Origin: a virus
Lineage: Duplodnaviria > Heunggongvirae > Uroviricota > Caudoviricetes
Length of the DNA: 64,000 nt
Virus record (IMG/VR): IMGVR_UViG_2718217859_000011
Span: 1-64,000 of that record
Strand: one strand, 5' to 3'
Part shown: positions 31,213 to 40,132 of the stretch, piece after piece
Numbering within the stretch: position 1 is the stretch's first letter
How the letters are laid out: each line of letters opens with the position of its first letter
Notes under the pieces: model-generated
What the model saw: only the letters and a program-made list of their open reading frames with translations
What the model was told of the DNA's origin: nothing
Database searches by the model: none
Made by a program: the position numbers and the translations under genes

Positions 31213-32034
31213 CTAGCACATTACCCTCTTTAACTGCCGCTCCGCCCATGCCTCTTCAATGTCAAACCGAACCACCAACGTATCGTAAAAGCGCTTCACT
31301 GATTTTTTCCATGTATCAAGTGTAATAGCACTCGTCACTTTGCATATGGCATTAAATGCCTCTGTTGACGGCAATCTTTCATAGCCACGACCGCCACAAC
31401 GCTGGCAGTCCCTGATAACCGGCATCCCCCGTTTTTCCGACTCTTCACGATGAACGGCAATACCGCGCCCACGGCAGTCTTTACAGGCAGTGGAAATCTC
31501 CCCCTTCCCTTTACATTCCGGGCAGGAAACTTTTACCACCTCCCTGACTTTTTTCCATTCTTCCCAGTAAGACGGATACACACCTTTCGTACACTTTGCC
31601 CATACTGGCGGCTTGCCATCCGGATACTGAACCTTGTTTGTAAAAACTTCGCTTTCAATAAATCTTTCCCCATGGCAACAAGGGCACTGCTTTTTACTCG
31701 CTGCGCTGCGGGCGTAATCCTCAAAAGCGTACGAAGCCATAATGCGCATCACTACCGGTTTTATTTCTGCCGGGAGTTTTCTTAACGCCGAGACGCGATC
31801 GCACTGACTTAATGCATAATCTGCCAGTAATTCTGTTGCCCGCGCCCTGTCATTCATACTAATGCCCATTTTCCCCAGGAACGCAGAAAATCCCATCTCA
31901 GCCCGGTTCTGTGTCATACCCTGCGCAGCCATCACATCAGTGATACTCAGCGCATCTTTTGACGTCGAAGCGGATGCATCAGTCAGGCCTGGGGATTTTG
32001 GGGAATAGTATTTCGGTAAATCTTCCAGTTTCAT
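31213..32034 (-). CDS. Q: late antiterminator Q (QuuQ-like, zinc-binding)
   Basis: 273 aa with several CxxC pairs (CPCCHG, CPECKG, CKDCRG, CQRCGG); sits between rusA and the late terminator. Confidence 0.65.
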   Translation of the reverse strand: MKLEDLPKYYSPKSPGLTDASASTSKDALSITDVMAAQGMTQNRAEMGFSAFLGKMGISMNDRARATELLADYALSQCDRVSALRKLPAEIKPVVMRIMASYAFEDYARSAASKKQCPCCHGERFIESEVFTNKVQYPDGKPPVWAKCTKGVYPSYWEEWKKVREVVKVSCPECKGKGEISTACKDCRGRGIAVHREESEKRGMPVIRDCQRCGGRGYERLPSTEAFNAICKVTSAITLDTWKKSVKRFYDTLVVRFDIEEAWAERQLKRVMC

Positions 32035-32405
32035 TTTTGGACCTGACCGTCATGCATTATTTCGTAAATCTTCACACCCAGCCGACCACCAGGAACAGGC
32101 AGTCCGCGCACAATATTAATTTCATCAAACTGCTCGTCGTCGATAAGCAGTCCCGCATGCGTCAGCGCATCCAGCGGTGCCTTCAGGATATTGTCCAGGT
32201 CACGACGGCGTTTATCCGGTGGCTCTGCAATAATTTTTATTGCCAGCCTTCCCGACAGGTTTAATTTCAACCGCTGCTGGCGAACAATGAGCGCCAAATC
32301 ACGGCGATAACGCTCACCGGCTTTTGATACAAAATATGTGCTGCCATGACGTCGCCAGTAGGTGTTCACCGTCAGCGGGTAAGGCAAAACAAACTCTATA
32401 CACAT
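32031..32405 (-). CDS. rusA: Holliday junction resolvase RusA
   Basis: 124 aa; NTYWRR...DKRRRDLDN...DALT...DDEQ motifs recalled as RusA family. Confidence 0.85.
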   Translation of the reverse strand: MCIEFVLPYPLTVNTYWRRHGSTYFVSKAGERYRRDLALIVRQQRLKLNLSGRLAIKIIAEPPDKRRRDLDNILKAPLDALTHAGLLIDDEQFDEINIVRGLPVPGGRLGVKIYEIMHDGQVQK

Positions 32406-32417
32406 CAGTACCCCCTT

Positions 32418-33407
32418 TTACCCAAGCACGCCGGTTGCAAAGGCGTGATCAAGAAAACGAAAAATTAAATCAACCTGAGAACCATGGTTTTCTTCGAACG
32501 CCAGCAGATCCGCATGAAGTTCGTTGTGATGCTCCCGGCACAGCGGTAGTGTAAAAATATCGTGGGCCTTTGTTCCCATTCCGCCCTGACCATGACCAAT
32601 CAGGTGATGGGGATCGTCGGCTGGCTTACCACAACACGCACACGGCTGTGTCTTTACCCAACGCGTGTATTTCTCATTCACCCAGCGGCGACGTTTGGGG
32701 CGTAACATAAAAGACACCGGCGACTCCGGATCCACTTTCAGCGCCAGCACCTTTTTCGCTTTATCCTGGATGATGCTGGTGGCAGGAACCGAAGGCCCAA
32801 GGTCACACTCCCGGGTGACAGACGGCACAACAGGCGTCGGTAATCTCAGTGCCTTACGGGCTGCACTTTCCGGTAAGGCATCCGCCAGGTCATTACGAGC
32901 CAGCCACCAGCACAGTTCCGGCATTGTCACAACGTGACTGTCATCAAAACCGAGATCCCGACGCACAACAGACAACACCCAGCGGGCACAGTTATCCGTT
33001 GCCATTGATTCCAGCCGTTCCGTGAACTGATCGCGCAGCTGGTTATCGCAGTGCCAGCACAGACGGATTGCGCCCGGAGCGTGTCGCATTGTTGTCATGT
33101 TCTCGCTGTGCCAGTCGGAATGAAGCCACTGGCAGCCTTTTTCACGAAGTAACCAGCGTTCAAGACATTCCACGCCACCAGCACGACGGATCACTGCCTC
33201 ATTGCGGAACACGGCCCGAACGGCAGGATCATCCGCCAGCGGTTGTGATGCCGCCGGAACGGCACCACTGGCGAAAGATGAATAACGTTCCGGCTCAGGC
33301 TCCAGCAGGACACGCCCCTGCATAAACAGGGGCATCAACTCTGAACCTGGCCTGAACAATACGATCCCCATACGTGGGGCAATTTCAGGGGTCAGTAGTG
33401 CTCTCAA
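32418..33407 (-). CDS. DUF968-like (YdfU/NinG-like) protein
   Basis: 329 aa; C-terminal Cys/His cluster QPCACCGKPADDPHHLIGHGQGGMGTKAHDIFTLPLCREHHNELH. Confidence 0.55.
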   Translation of the reverse strand: MRALLTPEIAPRMGIVLFRPGSELMPLFMQGRVLLEPEPERYSSFASGAVPAASQPLADDPAVRAVFRNEAVIRRAGGVECLERWLLREKGCQWLHSDWHSENMTTMRHAPGAIRLCWHCDNQLRDQFTERLESMATDNCARWVLSVVRRDLGFDDSHVVTMPELCWWLARNDLADALPESAARKALRLPTPVVPSVTRECDLGPSVPATSIIQDKAKKVLALKVDPESPVSFMLRPKRRRWVNEKYTRWVKTQPCACCGKPADDPHHLIGHGQGGMGTKAHDIFTLPLCREHHNELHADLLAFEENHGSQVDLIFRFLDHAFATGVLG

Positions 33408-33416
33408 CGTAGAACC

Positions 33417-33932
33417 TCACAGCACAATCTGTTTCAGTTTCTGTACCGCTTTCCCCATATCCGCCATAGCATCAACAAACTCATCAAATTTACGACTTGC
33501 CATTCCATACGCCTGGAGGATTTCCAGTTTCAGAGGATCCAGTTGCTTTTTAATTTCCGCACGATCATTAAATTTCTTCTCTGCTTCTTCCGCAGCCCTG
33601 ATCAGCTCCTCAGCATGCCTGCGTAATTCATCCGGAGTAACGGTCTTTTTAATCACAACGGGTTCCTCTGTTTTTACTGGTATTTCACTATTTACTGCCT
33701 GATGTCCAAATTTAGGATGATGTAACGTTGTAGTTCTTCCATCATTCGCAACGACCAGAAGTCCACTGTCGCGGATAATGCCAATGAGTATCTCCTTATC
33801 CCTTTTATTCAGCAGACTGTACGCCTGCACTTTCTGTGATATCTGGGTCAGTGTTGCGCCTTCCGGCATTCGTTCAACAAAACGTTTAACCCTGGATAAA
33901 ACTGGCTGCAGATGGGGTGGTGTAATTCTCAT
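33417..33932 (-). CDS. hypothetical protein (wHTH-like N-terminus, coiled-coil C-terminus)
   Basis: 171-aa ORF in nin-like operon; no family recognised. Confidence 0.45.
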   Translation of the reverse strand: MRITPPHLQPVLSRVKRFVERMPEGATLTQISQKVQAYSLLNKRDKEILIGIIRDSGLLVVANDGRTTTLHHPKFGHQAVNSEIPVKTEEPVVIKKTVTPDELRRHAEELIRAAEEAEKKFNDRAEIKKQLDPLKLEILQAYGMASRKFDEFVDAMADMGKAVQKLKQIVL

Positions 33933-33947
33933 GCTCCACGCCTCCCA

Positions 33948-34763
33948 TCAGTGAACGGTATCGAGCAGCTTTAACAGCTCAGGGAATCGGGATTCGAAGA
34001 AATGCGGCTGCGTCTCGCGCGGATTTGCAGGACTGGTGATGTTCTTGCCGAACATGCAGCCTTTCGCCGTCAGCGACCAGAATTTTTTGATGTTGTTAAT
34101 CGCGGTACGGCTGTATCGTTCGCGTTGTTCAACAATCCCCAGCTTCGCCATCTGGTGATATGCCTGACTAGCCGTCAGGCGGATACCATACTGCTTCAGC
34201 AGTGCACTCAGCGACAGCGTAGGGCGGCTTGAACCATCTGGCGCATCAGCAGGTGCATCAATGGCATAGATCGGCATAAGTTCAGGAAGACCTGCTACCT
34301 TTGATAATTTCTGGTATGCACCAAGTTTCGAGGAGTTTGACAGATTTAGAGTCTTTGCTGCTGATTCAAGCAGAATGACCCCGGATTTAATTTTGTCGGA
34401 TGTGGTTTCTTCTGGTGATGAATTATGAAGCGCATCAAAAGTACGTATCACTTTTAAGCTGAATGCCGGGCTGATCCACATTGCATATGCATAGACCAGC
34501 TCTTTACAGACATACGTCCCACCATTGCGCCCCTGAATGGTGATGACAGGAATACTACGGGAATCTCCCGTAGTTTCTTCTTCCAGTAATTCCACAAGAG
34601 CCTTCGTTTCAGGACGACGCATAAACTCGTGAACTTCCAGCGAACGGGAGGAGCGATTCTCACCAGCGGCAAGAAGAGCAGCTTTCTGAAGGTCGTTAAG
34701 ACAGTAGTTAGATTCAAAGTACTGGCGCACAGAAACGCCATCAATTACAAGCAACTGATTCAT
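33948..34763 (-). CDS. KilA-N domain protein (putative antirepressor)
   Basis: Start taken at MNQLLVIDGVSVRQY (KilA-N-like); the longer tracked ORF would start inside the SOS box. Confidence 0.65.
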   Translation of the reverse strand: MNQLLVIDGVSVRQYFESNYCLNDLQKAALLAAGENRSSRSLEVHEFMRRPETKALVELLEEETTGDSRSIPVITIQGRNGGTYVCKELVYAYAMWISPAFSLKVIRTFDALHNSSPEETTSDKIKSGVILLESAAKTLNLSNSSKLGAYQKLSKVAGLPELMPIYAIDAPADAPDGSSRPTLSLSALLKQYGIRLTASQAYHQMAKLGIVEQRERYSRTAINNIKKFWSLTAKGCMFGKNITSPANPRETQPHFFESRFPELLKLLDTVH

Positions 34764-34851
34764 TGGTTTCTCCACAAATTTCGGGACTGCACTCCCTTTT
34801 CGTTGATGCAAGATGAACTTACTGCGATTTTTAATAGTTATCAAGGATACA

Positions 34852-34867
34852 CTGTTCATAAATACAG
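34852..34867 (-). promoter_or_regulatory. LexA (SOS) box CTGT-N8-ACAG upstream of the KilA-N gene
   Basis: Minus strand reads TACTGTATTTATGAACAGTG, close to the consensus TACTGTATATATATACAGTA. Confidence 0.55.
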
Positions 34868-34914
34868 TATCTTTAACGAGGTAATACCCAAATTTAGGGT
34901 GTTGCTCAATTCCG

Positions 34915-35310
34915 TTACCGAGTTGCTAATTTGCAACTCGCTTTTTCGTACTTACTGATAGTGATCTCGACCTTACCTTCCGGGATAACCGGTCCCCACT
35001 CCACCAGCATTCTTTTCACCTGACTGTCGTCTTCCCACACCCCCGCGTGGGTCAGGGCGTCAAACAGCGCCTTGTTATAGTTGTCCAGATCGCGGATCCG
35101 GTTATCCGGAGGAAACAACACGATCTCCACTGAAGCAGGTGCCGACGTTGGTTTCGGCAGACGACGTAACTGCTCAACTATTGCTGCGCACGCCGCGCTC
35201 TGGAATTTTCGCCCCGCCGCGCTTATCAGGCTCTTACCAGCAAACGCCCCTTTGTTGGGGTGTCGCCAGTACGTGTTCACGCTGGGCGGGAAAGGCAGTA
35301 TTAGCTTCAT
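34915..35310 (-). CDS. RusA-family resolvase, second copy
   Basis: 131 aa; NTYWRH...DNRIRDLDNY...DALT...DDSQ motifs; paralogue of 32031..32405. Confidence 0.8.
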   Translation of the reverse strand: MKLILPFPPSVNTYWRHPNKGAFAGKSLISAAGRKFQSAACAAIVEQLRRLPKPTSAPASVEIVLFPPDNRIRDLDNYNKALFDALTHAGVWEDDSQVKRMLVEWGPVIPEGKVEITISKYEKASCKLATR

Positions 35311-35633
35311 ACTTTCAGGCCCCTCTCATGTAACCAGTGGGTTGCACGCAGCCTGGCGTTTTCCTCACCGGCAAGCAGTGAGCGGATAATCCCGACCGCC
35401 TCGCTGTCGTCGTCCTTCATCGCAGTATGAAGCGTTATCCCCCGGGCCACGCCACGCTTTATCGTGATGACGCCTTTTTTCTCCAGTGCGCGAAGATGCT
35501 CCACCGCTGCATTCACTGAACGGTATCCCAGCATGGTTGCCACCTCCTGATTGGTTGGCGGGAAGCCACGTTCTTGCTGGTAAGAAATCAGCATATCCAG
35601 CACCTGCTGCTGACATTGAGTTAACGTCGTCAT
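35307..35633 (-). CDS. LexA N-terminal DNA-binding-domain paralogue lacking the S24 peptidase domain
   Basis: MTTLTQCQQQVLDMLISYQQERGFPPTNQEVATMLGYRSVNAAVEHLRALEKKGVI aligns to recalled LexA residues 1-70; only ~45 aa follow; start overlaps upstream stop (TGATG). Confidence 0.6.
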   Translation of the reverse strand: MTTLTQCQQQVLDMLISYQQERGFPPTNQEVATMLGYRSVNAAVEHLRALEKKGVITIKRGVARGITLHTAMKDDDSEAVGIIRSLLAGEENARLRATHWLHERGLKV

Positions 35634-36127
35634 TAAGCCCCCACGTAATTCCCTGACAGATACCATTCATCACCCGATACAGCGCGCTTGCTGCTTTTCC
35701 GTAAGCACCGCTCACGACGCGCCAGAAAATTGTTTCGTTCTGGCTGGGAGTGGCTTTCACGGAATGCCTCCATCCACACCGTTGCAGCTCGACGGAATAA
35801 GCTCCTAGACTCCAGTTCTTCAGCCTGGCGGGTCAGGCACAAAATCACCCGGGGGTCGTTAGTGCCGACATAGAAATTGCGCACAGGTCTGGTTTCACGA
35901 ACAGATTGTGGTTCCGGCTCCTGCGCTCTCTCAGTCAGGCGCGGGAAATGTCTGCGTGTATCTCCTTCACAACGGTGAGCCACACGCCCACTCTGACGTA
36001 ACTTGCTTGCTGACTGCAGAACGCGCTGCCGTGAGTAACCAGCAAAAGCATCCGCAATGTCTCCGGAAGTACACCCCGGATGGGCTTCAATGAATTTCTG
36101 AACTTCATTCAAAAGACTCATAATCAC
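35633..36127 (-). CDS. hypothetical protein, possibly PerC-like regulator
   Basis: 164 aa; C-terminal segment ESRSLFRRAATVWMEAF...RRERCLRK loosely resembles PerC/Pch family. Confidence 0.35.
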   Translation of the reverse strand: MIMSLLNEVQKFIEAHPGCTSGDIADAFAGYSRQRVLQSASKLRQSGRVAHRCEGDTRRHFPRLTERAQEPEPQSVRETRPVRNFYVGTNDPRVILCLTRQAEELESRSLFRRAATVWMEAFRESHSQPERNNFLARRERCLRKSSKRAVSGDEWYLSGNYVGA

Positions 36128-36720
36128 CCCCTGAATCCTGCCGGGATCTGGCTGTAGTCCACGTTGTCGTAACTGGCTTTGAAGTACGGGTCCTCGCGTC
36201 TGGCTGCAGATACTGCAGGAACTTCCCAGGATTCTTCGAAATGACGATCCGGACCAAAGAACGTGACAGCCTGTTTCACAAATTGTGTGCCGCTGTTACC
36301 CATCGCAGATACCCAGCCCGCGTAGCGTTTCACACCTTCCAGCATGGTTTCGGGGTTTACCCCCTCATTCAAACGGGCTTTCCAGGCTTTGAAGGCTGCA
36401 GATTTTAAATTGCCACCAGCACGTTTGGGATAGGCCAGCCATGCCTGCTCAAACTCCGGAGAGTATTCCGGTCGGTTTGAACGAACTCGCACAGACTCAT
36501 CAGCAGATGCACCAACAGCTATTGGTTCATTGACTGGTTCTTTGACTGGTTCAAAAGAGTGACTGGTTCTGGGTGAATCTCCTGCACTACCCCCTGGTGC
36601 AACTCCTGCACTACCTGGTGAATTTGCTGCACCAGATAGTGAATTATTTGCACTACCCCCTAGTGAATCTCCTGCACCATCAAGATGAAGGAGATAGATA
36701 TTACTTGTGTGGGGTAGTGA
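36124..36720 (-). pseudogene. 5'-truncated ORF remnant (unknown lambdoid gene) cut at the Mu-like junction
   Basis: Frame stays open for 76 codons upstream of the tracked GTG start (36492) with no start codon, ending two codons inside Mu-like DNA; Gly/Ser/Ala/Pro-rich repeats then a C-terminal domain. Confidence 0.4.
36531..36681. repeat. tandem direct repeats (3x TGACTGGTTC; ~5x 21-24-bp units)
   Basis: CATTGACTGGTTC / TTTGACTGGTTC / GAGTGACTGGTTC followed by GGTGAATCTCCTGCACTACCCCCT-like units. Confidence 0.6.
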
Positions 36721-36723
36721 TCA

Positions 36724-36859
36724 ATTCTGGGCGGACTTAGTGCAGCCTGGTAGAACCAGCAAGCCTTGTGTGGCGCGGGGTGTGGTGATTTAGTGTGATT
36801 CTGGGCGGATTTGTGAGAAATGACCAAAAACGCTTTTTTTTGCGCTTTTTTCTGGGCGC
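36724..36859 (+). promoter_or_regulatory. putative transposase end-binding repeats (three TTCTGGGCG motifs)
   Basis: TTCTGGGCGG at ~36725 and ~36799, TTCTGGGCGC at ~36850, within 140 bp of the inferred left end; spacing resembles Mu L1-L3. Confidence 0.35.
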
Positions 36860-37019
36860 TTTTGATCTGGTTCTGCTACAAACTTAACGGGTTTTAAATG
36901 CTTTTAAAAAAGTGTTTTATCCTTACCCGTTTTCCTCAATTTGTTCTCATCTGTGTGTTCGGTTTTGTTGTGGTTATTGCTGATTAGCTAACAGCACACG
37001 CCCCGCCAAAACGAGGCGC

Positions 37020-37682
37020 TTATGCTGATTTCTTGTTTACAGGCTTAGTTTCTTGCTCCGGTGTGACGGGAACGCGATCACCTGGTGTTCCAGCACAGAA
37101 AATAGCTTTGGCGCGGCGCAAAATCTCTTTGTCATTTTCCTCATCGCCAGCTAATGCCATGCAAACAGCGTCTTTAAGCGATTGCCTGATGTTCAGGCTT
37201 TGAATGGCCTTCCTTTGTTCCTCAAGTTCGCTATCGGCTTGCTTGGTTTGCCTGGTGGGTTGCTGTAGGCGTTCAAGGACTCCTTTGATGCCAATACAAC
37301 ACAGCATATCAATAAGACGCTCTCTATCTTCTGGAGTAGCTCGCCTTAGTATTTCATCGACAATACTTGTGTTTGGGCGGTTAACGTCTTCTGTAGGCAC
37401 CTTTTTTTCTATTATTGGATCACGATCGCCCTCACCGTAGACCAGCCATTCCAGTGATACATTCTCTAATTTTGCTATCGTAGCGACCACATTTAGGCCG
37501 GGAGTGGTGCCTTTCTCAAAGTAGTTATTTATGGTCGAGTACGGCAACCCCCAGTCTGAGGTGGCTTTACGCAGACTCCTAGTGCCAACCAGTTGCTTGA
37601 TTCTGTCCTGAATGCTTTCTTTTCTATTCTGAGAAAAGGAAAAATCATCGGCGGTTTGTTTACTCACTTTCTTTCCTCTCAA
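37020..37682 (-). CDS. putative Mu-like repressor (c-like)
   Basis: 220 aa, transcribed leftward as first gene of the element, divergent from ner; HTH-like segment LRKATSDWGLPYSTINNYFEKG; assignment mostly by position. Confidence 0.5.
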   Translation of the reverse strand: MRGKKVSKQTADDFSFSQNRKESIQDRIKQLVGTRSLRKATSDWGLPYSTINNYFEKGTTPGLNVVATIAKLENVSLEWLVYGEGDRDPIIEKKVPTEDVNRPNTSIVDEILRRATPEDRERLIDMLCCIGIKGVLERLQQPTRQTKQADSELEEQRKAIQSLNIRQSLKDAVCMALAGDEENDKEILRRAKAIFCAGTPGDRVPVTPEQETKPVNKKSA

Positions 37683-37787
37683 TCTATTGATTTACAACAC
37701 ATTTCTACAAAAAGACTTTCTTTTCACCAAAGCAAGAAAAGAAAGCTTGTAATTTTCTATTTATGGATCAATACTTATATCCGAAGG

Positions 37788-37807
37788 GATAACACGGCGG
37801 TGTTATC
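37788..37807. promoter_or_regulatory. operator-like palindrome between repressor and ner
   Basis: Perfect inverted repeat GATAACACGGCGGTGTTATC plus a third GATAAC half-site 7 bp downstream, ~30 bp before the ner start. Confidence 0.4.
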
Positions 37808-37835
37808 CGCACGGATAACTTTTAAGGGTAACCTA

Positions 37836-38072
37836 ATGATGGTTAGAAATGAAGTAATGAACAAAGACTGGCACCGCGAGTACATCGTTGCCGCTGTGCA
37901 CACCAAAGGTTTTACATTGCGTGAACTTTCTGAACGCGCTGGTCTAAAAAAAGACTCTTTAAAAAATGCACTGTATCGCTCATGCCCTAAATATGAACGC
38001 ATCATAGCCGATGCTATTGGTGTGGAACCTGCGGAGATCTGGCCAAGCCGGTATGCCAGTAAGGCGGCGTAA
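37836..38072 (+). CDS. ner: DNA-binding protein Ner
   Basis: 78 aa; DWHREYIVAAV...SLKNAL...IIADAIGVEPAEIWPSRY recalled as Mu Ner-like. Confidence 0.8.
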   Translation: MMVRNEVMNKDWHREYIVAAVHTKGFTLRELSERAGLKKDSLKNALYRSCPKYERIIADAIGVEPAEIWPSRYASKAA

Positions 38073-40114
38073 TGTTTTATTCAGCCAATGAGCTGGCCGG
38101 TCTTCCTGGTTTGCCCGGTACAGTTCAGGGGGTGCGCTGGACGCTCAATCGGATCACAGATACGCACCCGGAATGGAAGCGCAAGCGCGAAGGCACCAAA
38201 GCATTCGAGTATCACATCGACTGCCTGCCCGCTGAAGCGCAGAAAGTTTTACGTAAGCGCCTGACCCATCAGGTTCTGGAAGATGCACAACTGCCCGCCG
38301 TGGTTGAGCAGAAGGCAGTTAAAAACGTCGCCGTTCGCGATGAACTGGAAGTGATGGTCAAATGCCCGGAACTGGCATTACGCGAAGTCCAGGCACTGAC
38401 CGACAAGCAAAAGGCCATTGCTGATGCGCGGATATTGCTGGCTACTGAAGTGCATAAACTGCGTGAATACGCCGGAATGACCAGGAAGGCCGCGTTAAAG
38501 CACATCGTTGATGGTGTGCGCATGGGGGCGTTGCCTGACCGCATTATCGAAGCAGCGAATACTGCAAATGCACGTCAGGGAAAGCGAACCGGTGTCAGCA
38601 CCGGCAGCCTGGATAGCTGGTACTCCAGCTGGGTGATGGCGCGCGGTGATGCCAATCAGTTACTGGCGTTACTGGCTCCCGGTCATCATAAGGGAACACC
38701 GTGGGAGCAGGTCTGGTGGTTGAGCGATTTCTTTATGTTCTATCGCTCATGGAAGCGCCCGACCGTTGAATATGCGTATCGCGAGTTTTCAGCCTGGTGG
38801 CATGAGAAGCACGCGAACGATGCGGGAATGCTGGCGGCACTGCCTTCCGTTCACGCAGTAAGACGGGTATTAAGCAGTGTCCCGGTGATTGTTAAGGAGC
38901 GTTTCCGCTCCACCGGTTCAGCCTGGCGTTCGCTCAATCCCTTTGTGCGACGCGACTGGAGCACATTACCGGTTAATGCGGTATGGGTCGGGGATGGTCA
39001 CTGTATGAAACTGATGGCATTCAGCCCTGCCACCGGGAATACATTCCGGCCAGAAGTGACGCTGGTTATGGATGCAGGACAACGCTTTATTGTGGGCTGG
39101 TCGCTGTCCCTGTCGGAGAACGTGGTGGCCGTTGCTGATGCATTGCGTCATGGCATGTCACAACACGGAATACCGCTGATTTATTACTCCGATAACGGGG
39201 GCGGTGAAAAAAACCGGGTGCTTGATGCCGATATTACCGGGATTTTGCCCCGGCTGGGTGTGGAACATCACACGGGGATACCAGGTAACCCGCAGGGGCG
39301 CGGGGTAATAGAACGGGCAAACAAAGGAATACCCAAAGATGTGGCTCTGAGTTTCCAGACGTACTGCTCAAAAAATGCAGACAAGGAAACGGTGATGATG
39401 CAGCAACGCATCACACAGTCAGCCATTAAGGCCACCCACAAAGGGAAGGAGCTGACAAAGCGGCAGGTTAAAGCAATGGGAGAAGTCCCCACCTTTGAGC
39501 AATTGATGGCCGCAATAGAGCTGGAGGTAAAACGGTATAACAACCGCCCACACAGCAGCCTTCCCCGCAAAGAGGATGGCGAACATTACAGCCCGGCAGC
39601 GTATCGCCGGAAACTGATAAAAGAGCAGAAAGCTGAAATCGACATGCTGTCGCCGGAAGAACTTCACGAAATGTTCCGACCGGAAAGCATCTGCACAGTG
39701 CGACGCGGTGAAGTGGTGTTATTCAGAAACATCTATTTCTCCACAGAACTGGCAGCAGAGCACGGAAATGAAGTCAGGGTTTGTTACGACATTCACGACG
39801 CAAACAGCGTGATTGTCAGGCGGATGGACGGTTCTTATATCTGCGATGCCATCTGGAACGGTAACAAGGTTGATGCGTTCCCTAAAGCTGTTATCGAACA
39901 ACAGCAGGAGAAACGCACCAGAGGCCGCATTGCACGGGCCGCGCAGAAAATCGAAGAGGCTAAACGCGAGCTTACTCCGGCTATTACGCAGAAACCTGAC
40001 TTTAATTTTGGATTTGGTCTGGAGCGCCCGGAGAAAAAGGAAAAAGAAGAACTTTATTTATTCGCATCTGAACGCGAACGCAATTTAAAGAAAAACGGCA
40101 CAAACAACCGTTAA
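38072..40114 (+). CDS. A: Mu-type DDE transposase A
   Basis: 680-aa ORF after ner; size and organisation as MuA. Confidence 0.9.
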   Translation: MFYSANELAGLPGLPGTVQGVRWTLNRITDTHPEWKRKREGTKAFEYHIDCLPAEAQKVLRKRLTHQVLEDAQLPAVVEQKAVKNVAVRDELEVMVKCPELALREVQALTDKQKAIADARILLATEVHKLREYAGMTRKAALKHIVDGVRMGALPDRIIEAANTANARQGKRTGVSTGSLDSWYSSWVMARGDANQLLALLAPGHHKGTPWEQVWWLSDFFMFYRSWKRPTVEYAYREFSAWWHEKHANDAGMLAALPSVHAVRRVLSSVPVIVKERFRSTGSAWRSLNPFVRRDWSTLPVNAVWVGDGHCMKLMAFSPATGNTFRPEVTLVMDAGQRFIVGWSLSLSENVVAVADALRHGMSQHGIPLIYYSDNGGGEKNRVLDADITGILPRLGVEHHTGIPGNPQGRGVIERANKGIPKDVALSFQTYCSKNADKETVMMQQRITQSAIKATHKGKELTKRQVKAMGEVPTFEQLMAAIELEVKRYNNRPHSSLPRKEDGEHYSPAAYRRKLIKEQKAEIDMLSPEELHEMFRPESICTVRRGEVVLFRNIYFSTELAAEHGNEVRVCYDIHDANSVIVRRMDGSYICDAIWNGNKVDAFPKAVIEQQQEKRTRGRIARAAQKIEEAKRELTPAITQKPDFNFGFGLERPEKKEKEELYLFASERERNLKKNGTNNR

Positions 40115-40132
40115 TTTAAAAGGTATTTAATT

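Noticed and set aside
36531-36681. Tandem repeats considered as a possible CRISPR array
   Set aside because: Units are imperfect and contiguous with no unique spacers of regular length, no leader and no cas genes; they lie inside a coding frame.
36563-36684. Proline-rich plus-strand frame (ESPALPPGATPALPGEFAAPD...) across the tandem repeats
   Set aside because: No start codon after the upstream in-frame stop; the opposite-strand frame is continuous with the downstream ORF, so the repeats are read on the minus strand.
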